Below are positions 14,840 to 29,500 of a stretch of DNA of 64,000 nucleotides, one piece after another (position 1 is the stretch's first letter; each line of letters begins with the position of its first letter). The stretch is taken from NCBI RefSeq assembly GCF_009914755.1, contig NC_060926.1; one strand, written 5' to 3'. The position numbers were made by a program, and so were the translations under genes. Below the pieces are notes generated by a model, which made no database searches, had not been told where the DNA came from, and saw only the letters and a list, made by a program, of their open reading frames with translations. Source of the DNA: the human T2T-CHM13v2.0 reference genome, Homo sapiens.

Positions 14840-15200
14840 AGATACTCATATATTTGCTGTAAGCAGCAAGAATGAATGACTTATATTAACACTAAACAAA
14901 ATTGATAAATCTCACAAAGTTAATGTTGAAAAAAACAGACTTAAGAAAGGCACATTCTCTATACATTCATTTTATATAAATTTTTAAAACATGCTAAATT
15001 AATCTGTGCTCTTAGAATAATGTTAACTTTGGAGGTAGGGAGAATGAGGGAATGCAAGGGGATTTATACGGTGATAGAATGTTCTGTCTCCTAAAGTAGA
15101 TGCATTCCATTTGTAAAAGCATATGGAGCATGGAGTATTATATTTATTTGCACTTTTATAGACATAAGTACAATTATTCCTTATACTTCAAAAAAAAAGT
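14840..15200 (+). mobile_element. Old L1M(E) 3' end fragment
   Basis: gataaatctcacaaagttaatgttg...attcatttatataaa...ctaaattaatctgtg...tgcacttttata..ttatacttcaaaaa. Confidence 0.6.
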
Positions 15201-15406
15201 AAAACAACACAACACACAAAAAAAAACAAAAGCCCTGAGTTAACTTAGAATAGATGCTTAATTTCTCTGGCTCTCAGTTTTCTAATCTATACCATGAGGT
15301 TGGTCTTGATGATGTTTAAGTCTATTCTAACAGATTATAGCTAGAGTTGTATAAAGTCTTGAGAGGCTATAAAACTCATTGGATGATTCTGAAGAGCTCA
15401 GGAGTC

Positions 15407-15499
15407 ATCGTGTCCCAGCACAGTTCTTACTGGAGGATAAAATTATTCAGTTACACGTCTTTCCATGTACAAATAGTGTGACTTGAGGAAGTTACCTAA
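15407..15499 (-). repeat. Right arm of the 93-bp inverted repeat (partner 13552-13644)
   Basis: ATCGTGTCCCAGCACAGTTCTTACTGGAGGATAAAATTATTCAGTTA... is the reverse complement of 13644 leftwards. Confidence 0.95.
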
Positions 15500-15591
15500 C
15501 CCCCAATGCACTTTTGTTTTCTTGAGGCCTTATTCAGCTCAAAACATATCTATACTCTACTAATTTGGCAACACCTTCTGACTAGGCACCT

Positions 15592-15815
15592 ATGTTATAA
15601 CCAGGGTGGAGAGCAGGCAGTGGTGGGGGAATCTGGCCTGGGGGTAGATAAAAAGGAGGTGCATTGCAGATAATTTTAAAACAATAATAAAACTGAGTGC
15701 AAATGGGCCGGTCTTGTGTTACCACCATGTAACTGCCTTTCTAGACAACGTTAGCCACCGACACATTCTCACACACTGCAGCGGACAGTTCCACCACTGC
15801 CCCGTGTTTTCACTT
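15592..15815 (+). mobile_element. MER97-like hAT-Tip100 MITE
   Basis: ggaggtgcattgcagataattttaaaacaataataaaactga...accaccatg..ttctagacaacgttag; GC-rich inverted ends. Confidence 0.5.
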
Positions 15816-16074
15816 GGCAATTGTGCTAAACTCATATAAAGCACTGGCTGCAGATATAGCTAAGATGTGACACTCTATGCTGGGATATATGACATGGAAG
15901 CTGAGGGATATGTGCACACCCACCTAACAGTGCGTTCACACCAAGACCCTCTTCAAAGAGAGGTCTGGATATTCAGAAACATACTATATTTTAGCCTCAC
16001 TTGTCCCTCAGCTTCCTCCTCCAAGCCCCACTGAGCAACCATGATCCCTGGAAGTATTAGGTAACTGGCTCCCA

Positions 16075-16326
16075 GAATTGCTTGCTTGAGGCCAAGAGTT
16101 CAAGACCAGCCTGGGAAACAAAGAGAGACCCCCGCCTTTACAAAAATAAAAATAAAATAAGCTTGGCATGGTGACATGTGACTGTAGGTTGTCCCAGCTA
16201 CTTGGGAGGCAGAGGTGAGAGGATGACTTGAGCCCAAGGGGGGGGTGCATGGCTACAGTGAGGTACAATTGCACTACTGCACTCCATTCTGGACAACAGT
16301 ATGAGAACCTGTCTCTTAAAAAAAAT
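16075..16326 (+). mobile_element. 5'-truncated AluJ
   Basis: gcttgaggccaagagttcaagaccagcctggg...gaggatgacttgagccca. Confidence 0.85.
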
Positions 16327-18380
16327 ACATCTCCAATTTAGTACCTCTTGATTATCCCTTCACTTATAGCTTCAAGACAAATTCTGAATCCAAGCACTGC
16401 TGACCACCTCACCCCTGCAGGCTGCCATCTCCTCCCCCACTTTCCACTCCATCCGCTCCTGTAGCCACAAGCCTCTTCCCAGGCCCCCTGCCCTCTCCTC
16501 TGGACTGCAGTAGTCTCTTCTCCATAGGGCACCCAGAGCTATCCATTCACAGCATGAGAGACCAACTGCATTTCTCCTCTCAAACCTGGATCTAGCAGGC
16601 AGTACACAATCTGGCCCTTAAAGTTGATCCCAGACTTTTTTCACCTACTGTCATAGGCCTGGCTCATCGACCTTCTCATTATTTCTAGGATGTGCCCAGC
16701 AGGCCACTGTTTTGGGTTTTACACTAACTTTCTCTATGTGCAAACCCATTTAGCTCAGTTTCATGTAGGTCCCTTGTCTGGGCCCTACATGTCACCTTGT
16801 CTGGCAGTCTTTCCCTGACCACAGGCTGCCATTTGAGGAACCCAAGGAGTGGGGCTTATAGAGACCATGCCATCTCCAAATCAGCCCCAACCTTCACTCT
16901 CTGCCTTCTACTTGGCTTGGTGTTTCTTCATCAGCTTGTTATCTGGAATTATATTCTTAATTTATTTGTTTGTTGCCTGTCATCCAAACCTTAATGTAAG
17001 CTTTGGAGGGCACAGATGTTGTCCTTTGTAGCTAGGATGGAGTTTAGCACAGAGTAGATATTCACTACAGTATTCAGTTGACTGAATGATTGAAAGTCTG
17101 GTTTAGCTTTTACATTAGTCATATTGAATTTTCACTACCACTTAGGACTCCTATTTCTGTTTGGTAAAATTTTTCCAGCAAATAACATGGCAGTATGGGT
17201 CGGTTTGACCCCATGACCTGAGCTTTGTTGGGAATTTTAATCATCTGTCATCATAATTTCATCAAAATTTTCTTATAAAAAATGAGTAAACAACTGGTGA
17301 TGCTGTTAATGGAGCACCTACATGAAAGCAACGTTCAGGCCACTGTGAAATTAACATTATCTTCAAATAATAGTTGGTCAGTGGAGCCTGCTGGGCTGAG
17401 ATGTGTTTGAATGATTTCATCCTTTAGCTTCAGGGCTGAAATTAAGAACCAGGTTAGACCACTCAAAGTTAAAGGAAAGAAACAAGAGCAGAAGGGAAAG
17501 GAGGTCCAGGAAGCCAGAACACCAAAAACTGTAAGAAAAAACAGACATTGAGAAATAGAGAGTCTGGGACAAAAGAATAAAAGCAGAGAAAATATCCAGG
17601 CCTCGATGCCATATGTCCCTCAGGCTTTCCCATCAGCTGCTCAGTTACTGTGTGTCTCTTTCTTAAAGTTTCTTCCCTTGGACCCCATGCTTTCTCCATG
17701 TAGGCTCTGCCTTACTTCCTGTTGCAGCATTTTAGCCTGGTTGGTGAAATTGCATATCAACTTAAGGCTCTAGAGCCACACAGCTATTTGATTTGCAGAA
17801 CAACATGTAAGGGAGAAGATTCTCTCCCTTGCAGAAATGGGCCAGACCTGGACAAACAAATAGAACTTCCATGAGTGTGCATTGTTTTTTCTTTCCTTAC
17901 TCTGGTCTTACTACACACCCAGAGTCAAGCTGTTATCTATTGTAAGTTATATTAAGCCTTTAGTCTGTTTTTTTGTTTGCCGGGAAGGTAGATGTGATGT
18001 CAAACATTTGAGGCATTTTGAAAGTCTCAGAATATTAGGAGATTTTATCATCATAATAATTGGGGATTGAATCCATTTACAGTAAATGTCCCAGTACTAC
18101 TGGCCCATTCTATCACACATTGAGAGAATGATGGTTTTCCACTCCATAATGATATCTAAACCACAATTTGATCTGTGACCCAGAAGAAGGGACCTGCTCT
18201 CCCTCACCAGTTGCTTCCTAATCCCTCTCCTCAGGTGAGGTGGAAAGGAAGGGGAAAAAAAAAACAATAAAAATGCAGCGAATTTAGGAGAAATAGAAGA
18301 AGGAAATGACACAAAGGAAAGGGGGGGGAGAAAGAAAGCAAAAGAGAAGCAAACATTAAATAGGTACAATCCAAAAATCC

Positions 18381-18414
18381 TATCAGTGGAGTTCTTGTAT
18401 CAGTGGAGTTCTTG
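18381..18414. repeat. Perfect 17-bp tandem duplication
   Basis: TATCAGTGGAGTTCTTG x2. Confidence 0.9.
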
Positions 18415-18529
18415 AGTTGATGGGCTTCTAGTTTCAATTATTTGTAATCTTCTCTTAAATATGGTAGTCCCTCATATTTATTCAACAAGTCATTATGCGC
18501 ATTATCTCTTTGGATCTGTATACCATGCC

Positions 18530-18990
18530 TGTATTAATCTGATTTGCTGTCATAGCTGACAAATCCCAAATCTCAGTAGCTTGTAATAATATTATATGCC
18601 ACTTACTTTCACATTATATCTCACTGGCTGTGGGTTAGCTTCTGTGATTTTGTTCCATGCAGTTTTTCATTCAAAGCCCCCGGTTGAAGCAATAACTCTA
18701 TTTAGGATTTTCTATTTCTCAAGATAGAAGAAAAGAGTGAACAAACTTGTGGAAATATGCAGTGGTTCTCACAGTTTGTGCTCACAGGCTCTTTGTCAAA
18801 GGAAGTTGGAGGGTTATTCCCAACATCGCCAGGCAGGAAACCATGCAGTTCCCACAAGGTATGGCCGGTCTCATGGCCATAAGCCAGGGTGTGTAATTAC
18901 CTTTTATAGGAAAAGTAAATATGTATCTGGGAACAATAATACAACCTACATTAATACCAGAGTAAGTTAATAAGGCTTGTGGGCCCACTC
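18530..18990 (-). mobile_element. Old MaLR LTR (MLT1J/K-like)
   Basis: tgtattaatctg...acaaatcccaaatctcagtagcttg...gtctcatggccataagcc. Confidence 0.5.
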
Positions 18991-19139
18991 CACTTACCGA
19001 TAAGAAAAGAGAGGGACAGAAAACTAAGGAGAAAAAGAGCCTGACCTAGATCTCAGGTTATGTAATTTCCAGATAATTGATATGGCCTTTCTATCCACTT
19101 TCTTTCCCTCCCCTACTTGCATTTTCTTTTACACTAAGG

Positions 19140-19335
19140 TAGCACTGCTCAAACGGCAGCAGGCACCAGAATCACCTGAAAGACTCCTTGAAACACAGAT
19201 GACTGGAACTCACTTTCAGAATTTCTGATTTGTTATGTCTGGCATAGGGCTTTTTAAAAAAGTTTTCTTTTTAAGCAAGTTCCTAGCTAGTGTTGAGGAT
19301 GTTGATCCTGGGACCACACTTTGAAAACCACCGCT
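19140..19335 (-). mobile_element. MER5A MITE
   Basis: gcaccagaatcacctg...tttctgatt...gggaccacactttgaaaaccac. Confidence 0.75.
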
Positions 19336-19494
19336 TTAAGGTCCATCTCCAGAGTAGAGTGCAATGTACAACTGTTCCAATTACCTATTTTTTTTAGCCT
19401 TTTTGTAGAATAAGTGAACAGCGACTTCAGTGAATTGGTTCTGTAACTTTAACAGCTCCACTCGATCTTAGGAGAGGCTATAGCAGCCCCACAG

Positions 19495-19683
19495 TAGTAG
19501 CTCTCCAAGTGTGATCCCTGGACCTACAGTACCAGCATTGCCTGGGTATGTGTTGGAAATGCACATCATTGACTCTGCTCCAGAACTACTGACTCCCAAT
19601 TTCTGGGGATGGGGCAAAGCCCTCTGTGTTTTACGCAGTCCTCCAGATGATTCTGATGTATGCTCAATTTTGAGAAATGTGGT
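19495..19683 (+). mobile_element. MER5A MITE (opposite orientation to its neighbour)
   Basis: caagtgtgatccctggacc...gaaatgcac...ctccagatgattctgatgtatgctcaattttgagaa. Confidence 0.75.
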
Positions 19684-21695
19684 TTGGTCCTACAGCTAGA
19701 CTGCAACACCATGGTGAGGTCTTCAGGACTTGTTTGCTACATGCCTGCTGCTTGCTAGAAATGAAAGCTCTCAGGTCCCATCCTATATTTACTGACTGAT
19801 CTTCATGTTGTGGGGTTTCTTCTTGCAGAGCCCCTAGTCTCTGCCACATTACCCAGCCATTTAGTCCATTTATTACAACTGACTGTCTGCTTGACTTTCA
19901 GTTATAATTTTACCCCTGAATGATCCTTGGTTCTGTGCTCTGTAGCCTCAGGACTTATATTCCTGCTCATTTCCCTGGCCAATATTAGAACCTTACTCCA
20001 GGTGTAGCTTATCAGCCCTCTTGGAAGGGGGTTGGTGTGAGGATGTTTAGACAGGGTTGATGTGAGAGCCTCTATTTCTCATGATTTGTATTTTTCCATT
20101 AAAATTCTTCACCTTCCTTCATTACAACCTTGTCTTAACTCTTGCCCTCATTCTTTGAGACTAGCTTTATGGACAATTTTAACCAGTGTATTAAAAACAT
20201 AATTACAGTCATACTATTGTGTATTTATGAAACACAAATCATCTAATCAGCTGATTGCCTTTGCATGAGTTGTTCATGAGAAAACATGATGCAATTACCA
20301 GTCCCCTTCCAACGAGATGTACTATTGCCATTTTAAAAAAGCATTTCTACATCCAGAAGTCATTTAGTCTTTTCTTTAAATAAAGTAAAAAAACAAGGCT
20401 GCAGACAATGAAATGAGAGAAACAGATCGACATCTCTAATGATTCTAGGCAAACTCTGAGTCATTTCACTTCAGATCTGTGATGTTTATACAGCAAATGC
20501 AGATGTTATGTTTACTCACTGCAGAGCATTTCCTGAAAGTCTTGGCTTGCATGGAAAACTTTCATGGGGTATTCTTTTAGACAGTGTATGTCTTGCTAGC
20601 TGAGAAAAATTTTAAAGAAAAAAAACTTGACCTCAGAGGATATTGACGTAGAGGTATCTGAGGTTAAAATGTCAGAAGGAAGACCTTTGGGAACATGTGA
20701 ATATTTCCCGAGTCCCAACTCTACCAATGTGTGACCATCATCATTGAAATTTGGTCATATGGAGGTGCATAAGGCATGTTTCTTGTCTTCAACGAGCTCA
20801 TAGTCTTGCAAAATACAAACAACACAGAGAAAAAATGAAATGTTTTATCATAAATGCTGTGATTAGTGCAACCAATAATTTATCACCAAAGCAGGCATTC
20901 ACACAACAGGTATACTTTGTAGCTGTTCCTGGCACACCGCTTATATGGTCACTCTAGTTACAGTTGATAAGTGCAGATATGAAGTAGGCTTAGAACGGAC
21001 ATTTCCTTGTGGGATGATTCTGGGAAAGCTACCTAAGACACCAGATCTAGTGCTTATTGAACTAATATTTCATTGTCCTGTTGATCTTTAGAGCCATTCA
21101 CTATATATTTACAAACTATCGTGTTGGATGTCGAGATCTCTTTCTAAAGCCAAACCATTATCAAATGCTTTGTCTCCTTTTCTTACCATTCACACATTTC
21201 ACCTTTCAAAGACCGTCACCACACCAGCTCCATGCCCTACTGGTTACGTACAGAAAGAGTAACAGACTAAGGTTGACAAGCATCTGTTTAACCTTGATTT
21301 TATTGCAAACCAGCCATGACACATTCTACTAATCAGTAAACATCTACAAACATGAGAAGGACATCATCAGTGTCCCTGCTCACATTGTTCTTTGGTGCCC
21401 TTATCACACTAAAGAGTTGTACAGGCAGACCTATGGATGAGTCACCACTCTGACACCTCACCAGTTAGGTGACCTTAGAGAAGTCCCTGAACACCTCTGA
21501 ACCACAGGATGCCCATTTGTAATAGCCACAGAACCATGGAGGGCATTGTATAGACTGAGCACAGTATATGTGAAATGCCAAGCAAGTTTCTGCTGCCAAG
21601 TAGGTATCTGGTGCATGGTGATGAGTTGCTGTCATTATTCTCACTGATGCAGTTGCTAACTGCAACATAGGGCTGGCCATGAGTGACAGTTCTGA

Positions 21696-22001
21696 TTTTT
21701 TTTTTCTTTTTTTTTTTTTGAGACGGAGTTTTACTCTTGTTTCCCAGGCTGAAGTGCAATGGCGGGATCTCGGCTCACTTCAGCCTCTGCCTCCTGGTTC
21801 AAGCGATTCTCCTTCCTCAGCCTCCCAAGTAGCTGGGATTACAGATGCATACCACCATGCCAGGCTAATTTTTGTATTTTTAGTAGAGATGGGTTTTCGT
21901 CATGTTGGCCAGGCTGGTCTTGAACTCTTGACCTTAGGTGATCTGCCCTCCTCGGCTTCCCAAAATTCTGGGATTACAGGCATGAGCTACCATGCCTGGC
22001 C
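21696..22001 (-). mobile_element. AluS SINE
   Basis: Full dimeric Alu with poly-T on the + strand. Confidence 0.93.
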
Positions 22002-24339
22002 CTTATGTTCTTTTAGATGAGTGACCATGCTCTTTCCCAAAGCCATCTGGGGAGTCATCCTCCCTTTTTACCATCTTCGCATGTTATTTTCAATTTTCAT
22101 ACTAACATGTCAGAACCAGTTTGCTGCTTATCCCTCTGCTGTACTTTCAAACAGAAAATAGCATGTTGTTGGCAGGTTCTGACTGTTTGATTAAAAGAAA
22201 TAAACAAAAATCTGTGATGAAACAGTTCACTATGATGTTTAATCCATCGTGTCCATGGAAAGGGGTTCATTAGCCAGAAGCTCACTCTGAAGGATGCCCA
22301 AAGCTAAGAGATCAGGGGAGGCTTCACTCAGTAATGGCATCTGGTGAAGGTTAGCATGAAAAAAAATCCATGGTTTGTCAATTACTTAAGTAATATCTTG
22401 TCCTAGCATGGTGATGCTCATGGCAACTCCCATTGATTGGTTTTGACTGCTCTTGGAATAATACTGGAGCCACTTTGCTCCCAGCTGGAAGCAGAGCACG
22501 ATCAGTAGTGTCTGCCTGGGGTAGTAAAACAAGAAACAGAAGGCTTCTCTTAATGTCCTACCAGTCCTAATCTGTAAACTAATTGCAGGACTAATTCCTA
22601 CAGGACTGTCACACAAGCAAAGATTTTATGCCTTATTTATTAATTTATACACGTTCCAATCCATCTTGTACTCCTGGATTTAGCATACTCTTACAAGCTT
22701 TCAGAAATGAAACAAAGATTAGTTGACATTCATATTCTTTTCAGTCCACCCTTTTATTCCTCCTAAAAACGGTAGACTTCTATTCATATTACAAATATTT
22801 CAACTACTTACATATTCTTAACTATTGTAAAAATAAGAGAATGGTCAATGAAGAGGACAATAGAAAAACCTGATAATTATTAGATAAATTGAGATAACTA
22901 TTTTAACTATATATACTGAGAGTGTTTGGTAAATATACCGCATTCTGCTATGGTCTATCTACACTCTATTTTCTTGTATACAAGGCATAGTGTATGTATG
23001 CCTCTTACCTTTAATAAGGATAACAAATTTACTTTCTTAAAGTAATTGAAGAACAGTAATTTACCTGTTTCCAATAGTATTTATTTTTTAGATTTTTATC
23101 ATCTCCAATGAATACTTGCTTGTGCCCAGGGATAAGTGTGATAACACAGGGGATGTTTCTATGTAATTATTTATCTCAAAGTCCCATTTAAACTGACTCT
23201 CCCTCAAGAAGGTCCCTTACAATAACAAGACAAAGCTATGAACAGCACCTTAGACAGTTGACCTTAACTATAGAACACCTCTTATACTGTGGGTGGAGTG
23301 AGAGTGAGTCCCTCACAAGGCAGGAAGCAGAATCTTCAGGGTGAGAAATGAATGCATCCTAATGGCACTTTCCTGCTTGGATAGGAACTCATTCTTAATC
23401 AGAACAGCTTTTGAAATGGGAAACACTTGTGGGAGGGGAGGATTATACTTTAGGGCCTGGAAGGGGCTGCTGATCAAAAGTCTCTTTTTATTCTGGAATC
23501 TGGGGAGAAGGCAGAAATCATATACTTTATTTTTGTGGAAGACCTGCTGCTGTACTACACCAAGCATTCTTGGGATCGGGGCATGACGATGATCCCATCC
23601 AGGATATCCAGGAACCCCTGAATTACATCCCATGCTTTGTATCTGTTGGAATTTCCTATGAACAGCACCCATAGCTTGTATTAGAAGCTCACAAGTGTCT
23701 GTAACTGTAGAAGATTAAAAAGGCTCAGGAGTTATTGTAACTCATTTTGGCTTACTTAATAAAAGTAAATTATAGAGACTGAAATATTTCTACTGGATAT
23801 GCTTGCATTTTAGTATGCTCTGTTTTTTATATAACAAACATAATTGCATAATGAAATTAATATATTAGCCTCAAGTAGTTTTTAAAAAAAAAACTGAATC
23901 ATTTGGATCTTGAGATCTTACTGAGTTATTACTACATTAATTATTAAATATCAAAAGAAGTACCTTAGTTTAAGAAACTTTATAACCATATTTCTACCAT
24001 ATTTGAAACCTTTCCAAAGTATTTGTCTTGCTGTTTTAATTCTAATTTCCTGGGTTCCTTGTGAAGGTGAAAGTCTTTGGTAAGTTTCACAGCCTTTCTT
24101 AGTGTCAGATTGGGCCCATAGAGGTTCAAATTTTGATTGAGTAGGCTTACCATTGGGAGAGTGGGATGTTAAGAAAACTCAGGGATGAGTGGGAGGTAAA
24201 GAGAGAAGGTGGGGAATTAGATGAAGTGTGGAGCTTCCAGGCCAGATTCCCAGCCCCTCCCTGGCCCCTGATCACTTTATTCTGGGATGAAGCCCAGAAT
24301 AAGTTTCCCTCTTCTCCCCTGTCTTTTGCTCCAGGGCTA

Positions 24340-24690
24340 CACAGGGTTTGCAAAGTGTGGTCTCTGGACCAACAGAAGGAGCTTCACTTGTGGACTCGTT
24401 AGAAATGCAAATTCTGATGCTCCCCTCCAACCCCTACCCTCTCACATCTGCAAAACTGGAAGCTATGGGGTAGGGCCCACCTTTCAGTATTTTAACAAAC
24501 CCTCTAGGTGATCCTCCTATTTGAAAATCTGCTATTATAGCCAGACACTATTTCTGAAACACCCCTGAGATAGCGCTCACCTGAGCAGCAGGTAAATGTG
24601 TACCTTCCCAGACCTCTTCCTGAAGATCCTGTTTGATTGCATCTGTGATGAGCCCCAGAAAGGCTGGTTGTCAATAAGTAAGTATCTACG
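24340..24690. mobile_element. MER5-family MITE(s)
   Basis: gcaaagtgtggtctctggaccaacag...gttagaaatgcaaattct...ttttaacaaaccctctaggtgat. Confidence 0.65.
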
Positions 24691-24694
24691 AAAA

Positions 24695-25007
24695 TTTTTT
24701 TCTTTTCTTTCTTTTTTTTCTTGAGACAGGGTCTTGTTCTGCCACCCAGGCTGGAGAATACCAGTGCAATCAGAGCTTACTGCAGCTTTAACCTCCCAAG
24801 CCCAAGCGATCCTTCCATTTCAGTCTCTTGAGTCGCTAGGGCCACAGGCCTGCAACACCACACCCACCTAATATTTTTTATTATTTCCTTAGAGACAGGA
24901 TCTCCCTGTGTTGCTCAGGCTGGTCTCAAACTCCTGGGTTCAAGTGATCATCTTGTCTCGGCCTCCCAAAGTACTGAGATTATAGATATGAGCCACCGCA
25001 CCTGGCC
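24695..25007 (-). mobile_element. AluJ SINE
   Basis: gagacagggtcttg, agcttactgcagc, caagcgatcc diagnostics; TSD-like ctacgaaaatt/ctacaaagatt. Confidence 0.88.
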
Positions 25008-25983
25008 TACAAAGATTCTTCCCGCTAGAAAACATTGGCATTACCAAGCAAGCTTCCCCACCACATCCTGTGGCACACTGTGTGCTGGTGGCGAGTCACA
25101 GGGGTTTTCAGGATGGATTCCCCTCAAATCTCACTGACCAGGTGGGTCTGGGTCAGTTAAAGTCCTTGTACTGGTCCTCTCTGAGCAGCCAAGTCAGTGC
25201 ACTCCAGTGTCTCTGCAGATGTGATGAAAAAAGTCATGAGATCTTCTAAATCTGATGTTTTGTCCTCCAGCATAACCCACGTGAACTGAGACATCCTTCT
25301 TCTGTCATGTTCCTTGATGAGACTTAACCCACATGACAGACAGCAGCGCCTCCATCTTGAACCCTGGTGTCACAGTATCTGAGGTTAGAGGAAGGAAGTG
25401 AAGACGAACATAGTCCACTTACATATTTTTTTGATTTGTAAATAAAATACTACTAGTTCAGTGTTTGTTTCGTATAATACATTTTCCTTTTTTATCGTAA
25501 TTACCAACTAAATATGATGTAGCTTTTCATAAGTAGCTCTATGTTAGGCTCATAAACATTAATGCTTATTGTATGCCATAATAGAGTAATACTTAAGGCA
25601 GGTGAGTTCTTTTGTCTGTGTTCTGTAGTTTCTGTGTTTTCTTCCCCCACTTCCCTTGTTGTCTGTTTTCTTGGACCAAGGCTCTTCGTATCCTAGAAAC
25701 TCTTCAACTTGCTGCCTCTGATTTTTCCTGTTCTGGGTAAACTGGTAGAGTAAATTGTTTCCAATTCAGCTCCAAGCTGCTCTTCCTTTGAGTTGCTCCC
25801 ACTTGCACCCAGTGTGCCATGGACAGGGATGTCAGCCTTGAGTGACAGGAAAAATGTTGTAGTTTGACAGCTGAGTCCACTACTGCTGTAATCTTGCAAG
25901 AACTATTTAATCTCTCAAAGACTTTTTCAAAGGTTGTAAAGTTTGATAATAATGTCTACTTGTTATTTAAAAAATATGGTATT

Positions 25984-26323
<340 letters not shown>

Positions 26324-26512
26324 CTAAAACCATGCTTTGCCATATCGTAGGTTTTCAAAATATTTGAATTCCCTTCTCTTCTTAGTCCTATCTAAGCTGT
26401 GTTTGAATAGTTGGATTAGCCTGAGAAATGGCTTCTCTATAAGTATAAGGCAAATATTTGCTTAACAAATGTTTACCAAGGACCTACTATATGCTTTGCA
26501 GACCAATGCAAG

Positions 26513-26519
26513 TGTTGGC

Positions 26520-26550
<31 letters not shown>

Positions 26551-29500
26551 ATCACTTAAATCATTAAAGTAAGTTTTGTTCAAAAGTCTTACTGAAGACT
26601 ATAGAATGAGGACTATAGCCCCAGAGTGGTCCTTCAGAGAAGCTGTCAGACTTCTCTGACACAGTGTTTCAGCCCACAGCTTACATATGGGGGTGGGGGT
26701 TCAGTAAATGCAAAATCACATCAAAATTGCTCACAAGTGACATCAAACCAGAATCACACCAAGGTTTTGGTGTAAGAGTACCTCTGGTCATAGATTACAA
26801 AGGCACAATCATTAACCCTATCAGATGTCATCTTATGTGCAAGAAAAGGCAAGGGCTAGGGTCATTCATACTTTAAGGAATATAGTGACTCGGGCAAGAG
26901 ATGTGGGGGGCCATGTGCCCTATCCTGTTTTGTCTTCAAAGTGTCTGGAGAGCTATACATCATTCCAGAGTCAGGGGCTTGTGAAATTATGCTGGCAAGC
27001 TGAAAAGGGCCAAAAGGGCTTCTTCCCTTTGCCATTTTGTCTCACAAGATCCCCCCTTTGATCATAAATCAACTGTCTGGTTGCATTTACAGAACCAGTA
27101 TGGATTGTTCCACATAGCTAGGAAGACTCTTTCCTTAGGAAGGTCGGTGATCTTCATTTGTATTTGTAAGGAATTGGGCAGCATGCTTACTTTCCTATTT
27201 GTTGGAAAGCATATTTTGAATATCTTCTATTTTTTAACTAGCATAATCTGATTTTCTTTCCTGACATTTCCCTGCACCTAACATAACATCTCAACAGGAC
27301 TATACAAGGATACTAGAGATTATACATAGTGGTATATACATAATAGCATCACTATCAGTTACAAATTAGAAATTAAAAAAAAAAATTGATAATCATGCAA
27401 CAAAATTGGAACATGCATTTGCATATTTTTTCATTAATTGTACTATGTTTTTTCCTTTTTAGTATCCATATTTATTATTATTTATGAAAAAATTTGACCT
27501 AGAGCTTATTATAAATGTTTTTAGAGAATACTTCAAAATAATACTGTGGATGATGAAAACTTTGAATAGCCATGATTAAAATATGATGAAAGTTCCCAGT
27601 TGACAAGAACATCTAGTTATTTCTATTATATGCAGTATACTAAGATAATTAGAATCATGACTGACAGTGCCACATCAGAAAAATCAAACTTTTATAAAGT
27701 TTATGTAGTCTTTAGAATACTCACATTAATAACATTTATAAAAATATAATTTTAGAAAAGATTTAACATAATCAAAATTATAGCTGATACCATATTAGAT
27801 TTCTATGAATTTATATATTTTATGTCATTTATAGCAATAACATACCCATAAATATAATGGAAAGAGGATCTAGATTATTTATCATTTGATAATATTTTCT
27901 ATACAATCTACCTAATAAGTCTAATATTTTAATCAAAAAGACTTAATTTAGAATTTTGATCTTTGGGAAAACTGCAAAAGATGTCAAAATGTTTAAAATA
28001 CTTGATCAAAACAGATTCACAGATTATTATAAAATAATAATTATTCATTTCACTAGAGTCATAACATGGATGTAAAATACTTAACCCTTTTAAGCTCAGT
28101 TTTCCTAGTTAATCAAAAACTGAATAAAGACAACACAGGAATTATCTTAATAGAGTGTAAAATCTTTATTGTGTAGGCCAGCTACTAAAAACATAAAGAA
28201 AAACCTCCCATAGTGTCATTGCCTTTTTTTATGAAAAGCCCATTCAGATAACTGTCAAATCTGATGAAAAGAGCCCTTGAATTCAATCAGACACAGGAAG
28301 AGTGCGTCCAGGGTCATGAATGTACACTATATAATAGAGGAATGTAAACACAAAACTAGTACCTTGAGCAGAGGGAATACATGGCTTTTAGTAACAATAT
28401 AGGAAATTTCCTGGTTACATTGAACAATTCAGACATATCAAGAAAAGCCAAGGCACAGAATCAAGTTATACTTGAGAAAAAAATTGTTTTTCTGGACCTT
28501 CAAGATAAACATTTCAGCCTCAGGTCACAACAGCAGAGTTAGAACTGGAGAAAAAAAGTTACAAGAACTGATGAAAAAGTTGAAAGAGAGAGTTATCATC
28601 TCAGCTAAGCAAAAAGTTATATCTTCTCAAGGAGAAAAGGAACTGAAGGCAATTATGTATAATTCACAAATCAGGTGCAGTGAAATAGGCAAAAGTTAAA
28701 CTTTTGAGACATAAATCTGAAAAGCTTCAAAAAGAAACTGATTTCAGAATTAAAAATCAAAACCTCTTGCAATTGCAGTAAGAGCAAATCAGTATTTTTA
28801 GATAACCTTATTTTTCTAACATAACTGACAAAATTTTGTTTTGTTTTAATATATTTTAATATCAAAGCTCAATCTTTAGAAAGACAATTATGAATAATGT
28901 TATTTCTATTATAGCCAACTTGATCATATAAAACATATCTTTCATACATTCTCTTTTCACAACTATATCATGACTTACCCAGACCATTTATGACATGCTT
29001 GCACTTTCTGGTTTGTCCAATACCTTCTCTTTTTTAAATAACCGCTCATTTTACTTTAAGACAACAATTTATGTAAGCTTCTTTCTCATACAAGATTAAT
29101 ATCTTTCCTCTTACCTTCCTTACCAAGAATACATCATCATATCCATTCCATTCATATACATTCTTCATATCTTTCTTTCCTACTTACTGGTTCCTTTCTA
29201 TCTTGTTTCATGAATAACCACTGAATTAGATAAAATTGTCCTTTTTCTCAAAATGATGCATTTTTATGCTTTTCTTATATTTTTCCATCAAAAAACCATA
29301 TTTTTGCATACTTTGTATATATAATTATATATTAAAATATTTTAAATTCTTAGTAACCTTAAATTTTAGTCAAAATCTAGGAAGCAAGATCTTGAATTGT
29401 CTTTCATATATCAGTATTTTATATACTAAAATAATTTCCTAATTTTTAGAAACATATTTCCTTATAACAAAATTTTTCTCTCAATTGAAAATGACCCAAG

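Noticed and set aside
18381-18414. 17-bp perfect tandem duplication
   Set aside because: Ordinary slippage event; kept as a feature only
19140-19683. Apparent inverted repeat of about 190 bp
   Set aside because: Two old, diverged MER5A copies in opposite orientation; explained by known elements
25599-25607. Consensus donor CAG|GTGAGT
   Set aside because: No convincing upstream acceptor or Caspr-like reading frame; expected by chance
25808-25830. CCATGGACAG resembling a REST/RE1 half-site
   Set aside because: Left half TCAGCAC is missing at the canonical spacing
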